Shown piece by piece: positions 1-13,500 of a stretch of 64,000 nucleotides of DNA. Each line of letters opens with the position of its first letter. Positions within the stretch are counted from its first letter, which is position 1. The notes below the pieces were generated by a model, which worked only from the letters and a program-made list of their open reading frames with translations, was not told the DNA's origin and made no database searches. This stretch comes from Paraspadella gotoi (Eukaryota; Animalia; Chaetognatha). The position numbers were made by a program, and so were the translations under genes. Location of the stretch: assembly GCA_051294375.1 (NCBI GenBank), contig CM119266.1, positions 22,603,575 to 22,667,574 on the forward strand, written 5' to 3'.

Positions 1-534
1 GCGCTAAAAGAGCGAGACGGTCCATCAGTCGAAAGGAATCGCTGCCTCTCCGCGCCGATATGAAAAATGACTCTTTGTCAGCTGGAAAGGATATTAACTG
101 CAGAGTTTTTCTCTCCGGCTCCCGTCCGCCCGAGCAGCGCGACCGCGGCCCCGGCAGCGGCGGCAGCAGTCGCCGACGCGGCGGCTGACGCGGCGCATGG
201 CTGCGACGCTGTCATCCTGCGCGCCCCGGAGGAGAATAATCTTTTAAAGAGCGAGAGAGGACAGAGTCGTCGCTCCAGCGGCGTCGGCTGCGTACGCGGC
301 AGCGGTTTGAAAACGAGAAGAGCGGAGACGTCGTTAACTTAGTCTCTTCCAATCATCGGATGGCATCGAATCCATCTCAACCAATCGGGAGAGAGAATGG
401 CGATGGAAGGACGACGTCGATTCCCGGTTTCGTTGGGCCGGCGCGTCCGGCGACGACGACGACCAAGAAGATGACGAAATGACGACAGTAAGATGCGTTT
501 AGTTGAGTCAGTCCCTCTCTCTCTCTCTTTTTCT

Positions 535-583
<49 letters not shown>

Positions 584-765
584 ATCGGGCAAAGGGTTCT
601 AAGATTTTAAGAAGAATTACGAGGAGAAAGGGGCGCCGGAGCTGCGTCGGCCGGCGGCGTCACGCTGCGTTGCCGCGCAGCTGCGGCGCTGTTTTCGCGA
701 CGCGTGGAAATGGGACCAAACGCGAGGATGAAGAGAAGAAATCTGCGCGAGCGCGATCCGGCGCT

Positions 766-766
<1 letters not shown>

Positions 767-856
<90 letters not shown>

Positions 857-857
857 T

Positions 858-904
<47 letters not shown>

Positions 905-905
905 T
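767..905. repeat. (GA)n microsatellite (one of many GA/CT, GAAA, AAT and GTC tracts in the window)
   Basis: Direct dinucleotide repeat. Similar tracts at 514-583, 39390-39484, 42847-42936, 44990-45060 and 61200-61308; (AAT)n at 4718-4815; (CTTT)n at 42235-42329 and 45470-45570. Confidence 0.95.
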
Positions 906-3335
906 AGAAAGGAGAAAGAGGGCGGATTATAGCACTCGCGGGCAGGGTTATATGATTCCCTTCGATTCGTATCGGGAACTCGTGATTGTTTCTTTTTTTT
1001 TGCTGCCGCCCGTGACGACGATAATGACGACGACGTTGATCGATGGCGTGGGCGGAGAGTGTAGATATGATATGAGAGGGTGTGGTCGAAAGGTATGAGA
1101 TTATTTAATCTAGGATTATCGCTCTTTCATCANNNNNNNNNNNNNNNNNNNNNNNNNNNNNNNNNNNNNNNNNNNNNNNNNNNNNNNNNNNNNNNNNNNN
1201 NNNNNNNNNNNNNNNNNNNNNNNNNNNNNNNNNNNNNNNNNNNNNNNNNNNNNNNNNNNNNNNNNNNNNNNNNNNNNNNNNNNNNNNNNNNNNNNNNNNN
1301 NNNNNNNNNNNNNNNNNNNNNNNNNNNNNNNNNNNNNNNNNNNNNNNNNNNNNNNNNNNNNNNNNNNNNNNNNNGCTAGAAGGAGAAAAAAATTTGCTCA
1401 CGAGAAAAGGCAGCGAGGACTATGATTAAAAGTGTTTGTTGGTAACTGAAAGTGACTTTGGTCGCTCCGCCCAGTGCCCGCCTCGGTTCCCACGATTACC
1501 ACCCTTGAACCCTTTTGTGGAGCACCTTTGTTCGGATCACCACGCCACTGTGTAGTCGCTCTGCCTCGAAAGACCACTCTTGTACTCTCTCACTTCTTTT
1601 TGGCGCCGGGTCTGAACTCATACGTACTTGCCAGCTTTTTCTAACATCTTCAAATTTGTCGGGGAAAGCTGGTTCGATCTCTGGGACTTGCGTTTTCCTT
1701 AAATACTGCGCTACTGACCTTTTTCGTATTTTCTCTTATTTCTACTTTTTTCTTTTTATTTTCTCTTCGTTTTTCTCTCTTTTCTTATGTAGACTTTTCT
1801 CTAATGACAGAAAAGAGTCGAACGGAAATCGAGAACCTAAGGAAACATAGAAAAGCAAAGCAAAGAAAAAGGAAGTAATCAAAGTGGAAAAGAAAAGGAA
1901 AAAAGTCGGGAACGAAAAACGACGAAAATAAGATGGTATTAAGAAAGCATCCTTTTCTATATTTGCCTTCTTCAAGCAATCAAAAATTACAAAGAAATTT
2001 TGCAACGGTTATATTTAAGTAATAATATATATTTTATTATAATAAAAATTTACAATCAAACCATAATTAAAGAAAAATTGTAAAACAAAAACTACAGAGA
2101 ATAAAACAAGTAAAGGATATTTATATATTGATTCAATTACTTTAGCACAACCCGAGTCTAATTTCTGAAATTTTCAGTGAAAATGCTCATATTTGGAGTG
2201 TTAGTCTTTTGTTGCATATGATAGCTCGATACGAGTAGAGATAACTGTCGGAAAACCCAGTAAGTAAAGAAAAAAGAACAAATTTTTGAAAAGTTATCGA
2301 GTTCTGCGTCTCATGTTGCTCGGACCTCCTCTTAAAAATATAAAAAGAATTAAATCAACCTAGATAAAAACTATATAGACTCATAATTAATCTGCCTAGA
2401 TAAAAGCTATATAAACTAACAGTGCTTTGATATTTTTACAAAAACTTTTTAACTTTTTTTTTCAAAACCCGTCTAATATCATTTCTTCTAGATAAAAAGC
2501 TTTAAAATATTTATGATACGTATATAGTAGTTATCGGAATTTTCTTTGGATCCATGACAAAAGCGATCAGAATTTTAAAAACAAATTTTTGAAGCATTCC
2601 GAACAAAAATGTATACGATTTGATTGATATAAAGTTTATTGAACAACGTTCAAGGCCAAATTTTGTATTCATGACCTTGCAAGCCGTGCACTTAAAATTG
2701 AATTTTGTATTTTAATTATTGTATATAAAAATAACACTGGATAAATTAACTATTGAAAGAGGAGCCGGCAGCCCGATGCGATTAGCATTCCGATAATATT
2801 TTGACTGCGTCTCGGTGAAAATTTTATCAGTAAAATCTATTTCACTTATTTGTTTTGATTATTTTTGGTCTTCATGCACTCGTTGTATGTGTGCTGTGTA
2901 GTAATCGAAGCTTACGACTAACTCCAGGAATCTTAACGTCTCACCGATACCGTTATCGACTTAAAGAATTTATAAGTTAAGTAAAACAATAACAAAGGCG
3001 TATGCCCAAATCAACAGAAAAATAAAATTAAGAAAGTCAAGCTTTAAGAAATTTGGGGCGAGAACGTCGCTCAGACGTCTCGTTGGACTCACTAAGTTGG
3101 CAGCTGGACCTCCCTTTTGTTATGAAGCGCTTTCCCGGATTTTTTTTTCATGTGAAATGCAGCGCGTATTATACGAAAAATCATTGGAATATAACTACAT
3201 TGATAGTAAAAGAACACCGTTTGTGAGATGATAAAATTTCGGGACTTGTTGCTTGTCCAAACTGCGAGTGTTGCATTTAAGATACACATCACGTCTTTGT
3301 CTGCCAGATACGAGTATTGTAGATTGAAAAACGCC

Positions 3336-3967
3336 AGAGTGTCTCAAGCGTGCAGTCACTTTACAAATGAATACAGTGAATCAGTACAGTAATAAAAAAT
3401 TAATTTACTGTATTCGTTGGATCCAGAAGTTCCTACAGTTTTATATGATGTCTTTAATTTTAAAAGCAAACAATTATATCACATTTTATCAATACTCAAA
3501 GCCAATGTCGAAAATATTTTTCGTCAATTTTAAATGCTAAATTTGTAGCATTTATCAGTTTCCTGAAGGGAAACCTAATGAGCGTTTATAAAAACAAATT
3601 TTCTTTGTAATCATTCTTGGAATCTTCTCTTCTGAAATCATTATCATCATCGTCAATCATTCCCAATTCACAAAATTCTTAGTAAAGGGCACAACAAACA
3701 TAGTCGCCTACAATAATATAATATGCACAATTATTTTTTTCACTAAAAGCAGGACTATTTTATAATTTTATAATAAAATCTTTTGATCGACTCTCAAAAC
3801 AAAATTTCCCTTCATTTTAAATTTGTATTGTATCAATAAAAATACAAATAAACATGATAAAAAACTGTATGAACTTATCTTTCTGGTGGTTCTATCAAAT
3901 TGATTATTTACTATACCAATTTGACACAGCGTTCATTAAAAATAGTTTTAAATATTTCCGAGACTCT
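3336..3967. mobile_element. Non-autonomous MITE-like DNA element, inverted partial copy of 26675-27370
   Basis: Begins agagtgtctcaagcgtgcagtcactttacaaatgaa, and the body matches the reverse complement of 26700-27370. Right TIR degraded. Confidence 0.7.
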
Positions 3968-4398
3968 ACTTGTTCACGACGCATCTTTAAAAAAAAAAAA
4001 AAAACATAAACAAAAAAAAGAGACGGGCCAAGTTTTTTTTATGAAATTTCTTCGACTCCGCGAAACACGAGGCATATTTCCGAGGCCGATGTTGCGTAAA
4101 CATATTTTCACTTTCACAGCGACTCAGTTGGAATCGTCTGGACCAACTCAGACGAAAGAGCTTCAGACGAAACAGTCCTAGACGAAACAACCTCAATGAC
4201 GAAACCTTTCACACCGAAGACCTTCTCGGACGCGTCAACTTCCGTTAAGTGTGTTTTCGGACTGGATTCTTTTGCTAGGCGCTATTTAAGCGAGAAAGTT
4301 CCCTCTCTACGTCACTTCGTCTCGACGCAAATGGATAAAACCCGATCGAGGGCAATTAAATTCTCCACACCTTCCACGAAGACGCGGCCCAACGCAAA

Positions 4399-6039
<1,641 letters not shown>

Positions 6040-6227
6040 TTAGAACAATAAAAATCAAGAGTGGATGTTCGTTTTACCAATTGTTTTTTATACTAATTTC
6101 TGAAACGATTTCTGATTGAAATAAAAAACAAATTGTCTTGGAAAATTTTACTTGTTTCTAGTATATCAGTGCTTTTTTCTTATGTTTAATTCTGAAAATA
6201 CTTGAGAAGGAGACCTACCTACCTACT

Positions 6228-6459
6228 ATGGTGGACTAAAATCCACCAAACGTTCATCAGCGGCCCTTGGTGCCGGAGGCAAGTCATTCGCCTCCCAACC
6301 CAAAAGGTCCGGGGTTCTAGCCCGGTGCTCGTCTGGCAGTTAAGAGGGACGGGGCGCTTAACCCGCCTGTAACGTGGTGTTACAGCCTGATCCGAAGCTC
6401 AGGGACTGCTTATATTGAACGGTTCGGTCATTAATACTTATCAATAATTACTGTCTCTT
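6228..6459 (+). mobile_element. tRNA(Gly-like)-headed SINE-like element, subfamily A, carrying a twister ribozyme
   Basis: 5' hairpin ggtggactaaaatccacc. tRNA-like head ~6260-6332 with A box tggtgccggagg and B box ggttctagccc. Near-identical copy at 13362-13593; degraded copies at 33165-33380, 40272-40432(-) and 18747-18807. Confidence 0.85.
6336..6409 (+). ncRNA. Type P5 (circularly permuted) twister ribozyme; predicted cleavage U6359/A6360
   Basis: P5 gcagtt/gactgc; GA+CGG pairs with the L4 loop T-CCG-AAGC; TAA-CCC-GC-C; P3 tgtaac/gttaca; P4 cctga/tcagg. Matches the twister core UAA..GCC..U-CCC-AAGC..GA-GGG by eye. Confidence 0.85.
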
Positions 6460-6576
6460 TACTACCTACTTTTATTTTTATCACTTTGATTGAGAGTAAT
6501 TCAAAAGCATTAAAAAGGTTTTGGTTTAGTTGAATATCACACATGATTCTCAAAAAGACTAAAAATATGTCTCTTG

Positions 6577-9462
6577 CTACAATGCAGATTGGCGCTGGGA
6601 ATCCACGGACAGGGCCTTCAACGCAGGCTTCTTTGATTTTCGGGTTTGATCCCTTTCGTCTTCGCCTATATTCGGATCGAAGTAATACCTGGCCTCGTCG
6701 AAAGTTCCGCTTCGCTTATCTTGGTTCTACCGGGCGTTGGCGGGAAATAAATGGATGGGTGAGAAAGTGGCGTGGAAGGGGAGCGGAGGATAAAATGGAT
6801 GACCGAACTTTCCAACAATGCAGACAGAAAACTCGATTAAAATTGGCGCGCGCTTACCAACTGAAAATGCTTGGTTGTGGACCAGATTTGAATATTTTTT
6901 TTACAGTTGTCGACCCAGACTTTAGCCTCGGGGAAAACGGTGACCAGATGATTGACAACGGGGATTGGAACGTACGTCAGGAACTTGACCTTGGGGCAGC
7001 GATTCGATTGGATGAGATGAGATATGTAGGTCTAATAACATCTTCAGACTAAACTCTTTCATTTTTCAACCGACCGCCCATTCTCTTGTGACCTGACGAA
7101 ATTACGACGCTTAAGATACTTAAGTACCTGAATGGAAGGTTGCTCATTCGCCTTATTTCTATCCATTATCGGTTCGGGCGTGATGTCTTTCGCTCTCTCC
7201 AAATCTCCCTGTTCCCAAAATTCCCCCAAAAGCTGTTCTACCAAATAGCGTTGTTGAGGAAACGGCATGAAACTTCCGTGGAGGTCCGTCGACTGAAGAA
7301 GTGAAGAATGTTTATTTTAAGAAATTTTGCAAAGAGAGCTTGGTTAACAAACTTACTGTCATGATTATACTCATTAACAACTTGCGGTGTTCTGGATCGT
7401 TCCAGCAGAAATCCTCCTCCGGCATTTCTGAATACAGATCATTCAACTCTAAAAAAAGAATGATGAAAACAAGACGGACGGTGGAAGAAAAAGAATTAAC
7501 AAACAAAACCTTTACAAAGTAAGAAATAGAGAAATAAAGAGAGAGAGACACAATAACAATGAAAAGGCTAAAGACTAAATGACCTTAAAGTGGTCAGAAG
7601 AACCCAAAAAGGGTTGGCCCCTCACCCCTTCATAAGTCATTAAAGACACAGTTCCACGCGTCAGTTTTCACGTAGGCTCCCCAGTCTTCATTGAGACCCT
7701 TCCCAGGTCCACTACTGTGTCGTCGAATTTCAAGTGCTTCGCGAGTTTTAAGGTCATGGATCAGTTTTTTTGTTTTTTTTCCGGACATCGTTTTAATAAT
7801 ATTTGCGTTGACAAAATCCGGGGTTAGTTGACAATCTTTATAGTGTTTGGAGATTCTGGAGTGTTGCCATTGTTCTTTTTCAATTGCTTTTTCATGTTCT
7901 TTCTAGCGTGTCTGAAAACTGCGAGAGGTTTGACCAATATACACGGCTTTGTCCGAACATGGGCAGTTGTATTTATAGATTCCCTTTTTTTTTCTTGGGT
8001 CAGGGTGAGTACGGTTTTTGGTGCAAAGAATGTCCTTTAATTTTGTGCCTGATGTTCTTCTGACCACTTTAAGGTCATTTAGTCTTTAGCCTTTTCATTG
8101 TTATTGTGTCGCTCTCTCTTTATTTCTCTATTTCTTACTTTGTAAAAGTTTTCTTGTTAATTCTTTTTCTTCCACTGAAGATGACATAGAAACTTATGTC
8201 GAAATATATGGAAAATTTATAAATTTCTTTTTTTGCACTGCACTCAATTATGAAATTGAACTTTTTAATCATTATAGTAACTGTGCATGAGATGACGTTA
8301 AAAGAAAGACAGACGGTTTCTTATTTGAATGGTGAATGAAGCCACAGATGTGACAGAAAATTGTTTTTTCTATGTTTCGACTAAAAGACATCAGAAAGGA
8401 AAACTTGTATTTTTGTTGCTGAAATTACAGCTGAAATTCATCCAGTCATAAAAATCATGTTGTGATAAACGAAATTTTTTACCTCTGGAATGATTTATAC
8501 CCACAGGAAGGTCAGTACATATTATGCAATACTTTATGCATTCCACCAACAAGTTATAACCTTCCTTGGGCCAGTCAACCAAAAAATTTGTTTGTGGATG
8601 GGCTAACAAAATTAAAATAATTATTGACGCGGAATTTGAACATAAAAAAATCTTAAAAGTATATGGATTTCGACAGACCTTACTATGAAAGAAAATTAAT
8701 GAAAAAGTACTATTATCTAATTTGCATATTGTAGTAAATCATAATGACGTGGAAATTCAAGCAAAGAAAATGGACACACATTTCAACTTCCTTCACTGCT
8801 CACTAATGGAACTTGTAACTAGATACATTGTTTGATAGTTAAACCATAAACCGGCAAAAAAAGATAGAAATTGTTTTTTATTTTTCAATTTTTCAATTTC
8901 AATATGTAGTTTAGTTTTTACTTGTTTTCCAATCATCCAATCTTTGGTTTTTATTGAGCGTCCTACCTTGTTTTTATTAGAGACTCTTTTTATGTGAAAA
9001 AAAATTAAAAAAACTTTTACACTGTTACTGTTTATGATTATGTTAATACTGTTTTTGGCAGAGATGTGGAAGCGATCGATTTTCCACCGCTGCCAATCCG
9101 GCGCTCCCGAGACCCCTCCCGCTCCCGTTTTCGGGTGCAATCCTTACTTTTTTAAGCCCGGATCGCTTTCGGTTTCGAGTGCACATCGATTCCTTCCTTT
9201 AGAAATATTACATTTGTTATTATTTATAAAAATACTCTCTTTAGACATGTAATTCATTAGTAAAATAATTTCAAACAATCTTTTTTGTTAACAAATTGTA
9301 AGATTACTTATTTTACTATATAAGACATTTGATTGTTGCGATATAATCCTTTTTTTTCATTGTGTTTGAGATTTAGAAAAAAGTTTTGAAATTTTTTCAA
9401 CAACGATTTTTATTTTTCATAGAAGATAGAGTTTGTGAAAATATTGGCAAATTATGTGTAAA

Positions 9463-9502
<40 letters not shown>

Positions 9503-10520
9503 AAGAGAGGGAAAAAAGTTTTTAATACAGAGTTAAGAAAAGGATAGTAGTCCGAAGGTAAGGACAGATAGAGTAAGTTTTGAAAAGAAGTGAAAATGAT
9601 CAGAGAGAGAGAGAGAGAGAGAGAAAGACATTTGGTAAATAATACATTTCGTAATGTTCAACAAAGATAAAAATTACATTACAAAATGTATTATTTACCA
9701 ACTGTCTCTCTCACTCTCTCCCTCTCTCTCTGACCATTTTCTTTTTTTTTCAAAACCTACTCTATCTGTCCTTACCTTCAGCCTGTCCTCACTTCTAACC
9801 ACTATTCTTTTCTCAACTTTGTGTTGAAAACCATTTGCCCTCTCTCTCTCTCTCTCTTTCTTTCTTCTTTTGCAAACATAATTTGCAAATATTTTTTCAA
9901 ACTCTTAATGCTGATGAAGGCTGGAATTATAAGCGAAACATGTCTGTTTTTCTATGAAAAATAAAAATTGTTGTTGAAAACATATTTCAAACTTTTCTAT
10001 GTAATATAAATTTTTTGAAAACTATTGAATAGAGAAGGGAGAGAGAGCCTCTTTTTCTTTTTATCTCTCTCCCTCTGTTTATCTTTCTCTCTTTCGCTCT
10101 CTCTCTCTTGCTCCTTGTAGTATATAGTTATTTTTTGTTTATTAATTCTTGAAAAGAAAAAATATATACATTTATATAAAAAAAGAGATATAGACCGAAT
10201 ATAAAAATAAAAGAAAGTTTTTTTGAAAAATAATTCCTTAATTTTCTTTAGACTTTGGTTAACAATTAAAAATTATCTGAATGTCAAATTTGAATTAATA
10301 TTAAAAATAAATAGAAAAAACAGAATGAAGTATTTTATTCAGTTCTCTCTAACCCTGGCTCCTGATTCCTTTCTGTTTTTTCTAACAGATATATGAGAAA
10401 ACATTTCGAATCTACCCATAATATCATTGAATGATGCATCATATAAAATCTTATACATATTTTTTTCTATTTAATAAAAAAAAGAAAGATATGATATGAT
10501 AGGATTCAAATTCACCATTT

Positions 10521-10563
<43 letters not shown>

Positions 10564-13500
10564 TTCTCTCAAGTATGGATATGTATTTAAATTATGAATG
10601 TTCAATTTATTGATTTTTTTTAGCCGGATCTGTTTACAGCAGATCTCGGCTCTATAATTCACTTTGTCGGTCCGTCGGTCCATCGGTCCACCCCCACAAT
10701 CTTGTCGGTAAGTCACCTACATCATCTCAGAATATAGAATTATGATAAATTATGCAAAAAAATTGATGTCTCTCCGTCTGTCCCCCCTTAGCAAAAAACT
10801 ATAATTACTCATGATTGTATGGCGCGATTGACTTGAAATATTGTATGTGGGTAGGAAAGTGTGTGATTGTGCAGGAAATCAAGTTTCGATGGAATCATCC
10901 GAGTGGAAATAAGTTAAAATGGAAAAGACAAAAATATATTTCACTATTTGAACACCAATTACTCCTGAGTGGATGGGGCGATTGACTTGAAATTTTGTAT
11001 GTGGGTAGGAAACTGTGAGTTTGAGCTGGAAATCAAGTTTCGATGGAATCGTCCAAGTGGAAATGAGTTTAAATGGAAAAAAACAAAAAACCTGTTTCCC
11101 TATTTGCTTATGTTTTTTTTATTAAATGTAAATACAAGCTGCATTAATTATTCAATTAATAAATTAACTAATCACTAATCAATCAAAACTTAATGAATCA
11201 ATTTTTAAATCAATCAATTAATTAATTAATCAATCAACTAATTAATCAATTTATTTATCAATAAATTATTAAAAGAACTAATATAATTAATTAATTAATA
11301 AATTAATCAATCATTAAACAATGTCAGTGTTATCATTGTCGTCATCTCCAACGTTGTTGTTGGTTTTGTCCTGGTCAGTGACCTGACAAAAAGACCTAAA
11401 AACAAACAGGCCTGATATGAATTTCATTTAATTGATCAAACGATCATTCAATTAATCATGACGTTATTGTCGTCGTCGTCGTCATAATCATCATCATCAT
11501 GGTCGTCAATTCTTTTGTCATAATGAAAAGACGAAAAGACAAACAAGTTTGAGCTAACAATGCCAGAACTGATCAGTTAATTAATTATTCATTCAATTAA
11601 TCAAATATTCAATCAATCAATAAAAAAATCAAGCAATCAATCAATTTATCATCGTCGGTGTTATCATTGTCGTGATCGCTATCATTAATTATTTAATTAA
11701 TTAATTAATTGAAATTTTTTTATAATGTTTGCGAGAATTTGTAGAAAATTTTAGGCGTGTTTTTTGTGATAAAGAAAAAACGTGTATTATCAAAAAAGCA
11801 AAAAGCAAAAACGATAAAAATAATAACAACAACAACTAGTATTTACATTGGCTGAGAAAAAGGTTAGCCATAACAAGATCATTTATGTTCGGGTAAGAAC
11901 AGGTCATTCTTATTGACCACTACGGTACTACGGGTCACAAAGTACAAAGACTTCGTCGTCGTCTTCGAAATTGTTGTCGTCGTCGTCGTCGTCGTCGTCT
12001 TTGTTCAAATCATTTGAGATCCCAAATGTTCAATGTTATTCTTTTAATTATTCAATGTGTAATTCGTTAAATAATTTATTATTTTTTAACTAATTAATTA
12101 ATTAATTAGTTACCGCTAATGATTGTGGGCAGATCTGGCATTTTTTGCTCAAACTTGTTTATTAATCATTTTGATTTATTTATGAAATTGGTACAACCAA
12201 TATAAAAATTATCCATTCATTTAATAAATAAGCTATCTTGTCCTTGACTTTGGACTGGCTTATTTTATATATATTTTTTTTATTTGCTTTTTTGTTCACT
12301 GCGAGAGGGGGGAAAAGAAAGAAAATAGAGAGAGAGAGTGTGTGTGTTAGAGTATGTATAAGCACACTATTATGCAATATTGCCAATAAAACAGATCAAT
12401 CATTTTTGTTCAAACTTGTTTGTAATATGAAAAACCTTATAGATTTTTAAAAAAGTAGACTTTTAAATTTAAAGAAAAACAACAAAAATATAAGAAATAA
12501 AATTTTTAGTTTTATAAAACTAAAAAACTTTTATATATATATTAATTTAACTTATAATTACAGTTTTTTTTCAGACAGAAAATATATTTTTTTCAGCTCT
12601 GATTTTATTTCAATATATTAAAAAGAATAATTAAAAAAATAAATATGTAATTTTTTTCATAGATTTTCAACCAAAGAGGAAGAGAGAACGAAAGAAAACC
12701 AAAAAATAAAAGAAGAGAATAAGAAAAAGTGAATAAAAAAAATTAAGAGCAAACAATTCTAAATGTTGAAAATAAATGTTAAAAAAAATTCAAAAAAGAA
12801 AAATCAAAAAAGAGCAGGGGGTTGCAAAAATTGTAATACATTAAATGCCTTTCATTTCTAACCAATAAAAACAAATGATCATGAAGCGAACACGCAGGGT
12901 TATTATAGCTTCCTCAAAAATCGGCCGCTTCCACTGTGTTTGCTTACGCTTTCCGGATCGCGTCCACATCTCTGGTTTTTGGTATTAAAAATTTAAAAAA
13001 ATTAAAAATAGAATAGGACAGTGGTTCAACCTGGACTATGATGCGATGATAATTATTCACTTATGTGAAGGTAATCATTCATTAATGCGATGATAAGCAT
13101 TCATTGACGTGATGATAATCATTCATTGATGTGATGATAGTCATTCATTGATGCGATGATAACCATAGTAATTGATTGATTGATCGATGTAATTGTAATT
13201 GATTGATTGATGTAATAGTAATTGATTGATTTATGTAATAGTAATTGATTGATTGATGTAATAGTAATTGATTGATGTAATAGTAATTGATTGATGTAAT
13301 AATAATTTATTGATGCAATGATAACCAAACATTGATGCGATGATAACCAAATATTGATGCGATGGTGGACTAAAATCCACCAACCGCTCATCAGCGGCCA
13401 TTGGTGCCGGAGGCAAGTTATTCGCCTCCCAGCCCAAAGGTCCGGGGTTCCAGCCCGGTGGTCGCCTGGCAGTTAAGAGGGACGGGGCGCTTAACCCGCC

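Noticed and set aside
67-907. ORFs in the GC-rich first kilobase
   Set aside because: Low-complexity translations with no domain or splice support. CCAAT/GC boxes are present but not enough to call a promoter.
6260-6332. Functional tRNA gene
   Set aside because: Anticodon stem does not pair and there is no Pol III terminator; it is the head of a repeat.
6543-7052. 169-aa plus-strand ORF
   Set aside because: Antisense shadow of the last PDE exons.
13119-13391. Repetitive ORF / CRISPR-like periodicity
   Set aside because: A minisatellite with no unique spacers and no cas genes; eukaryotic context.
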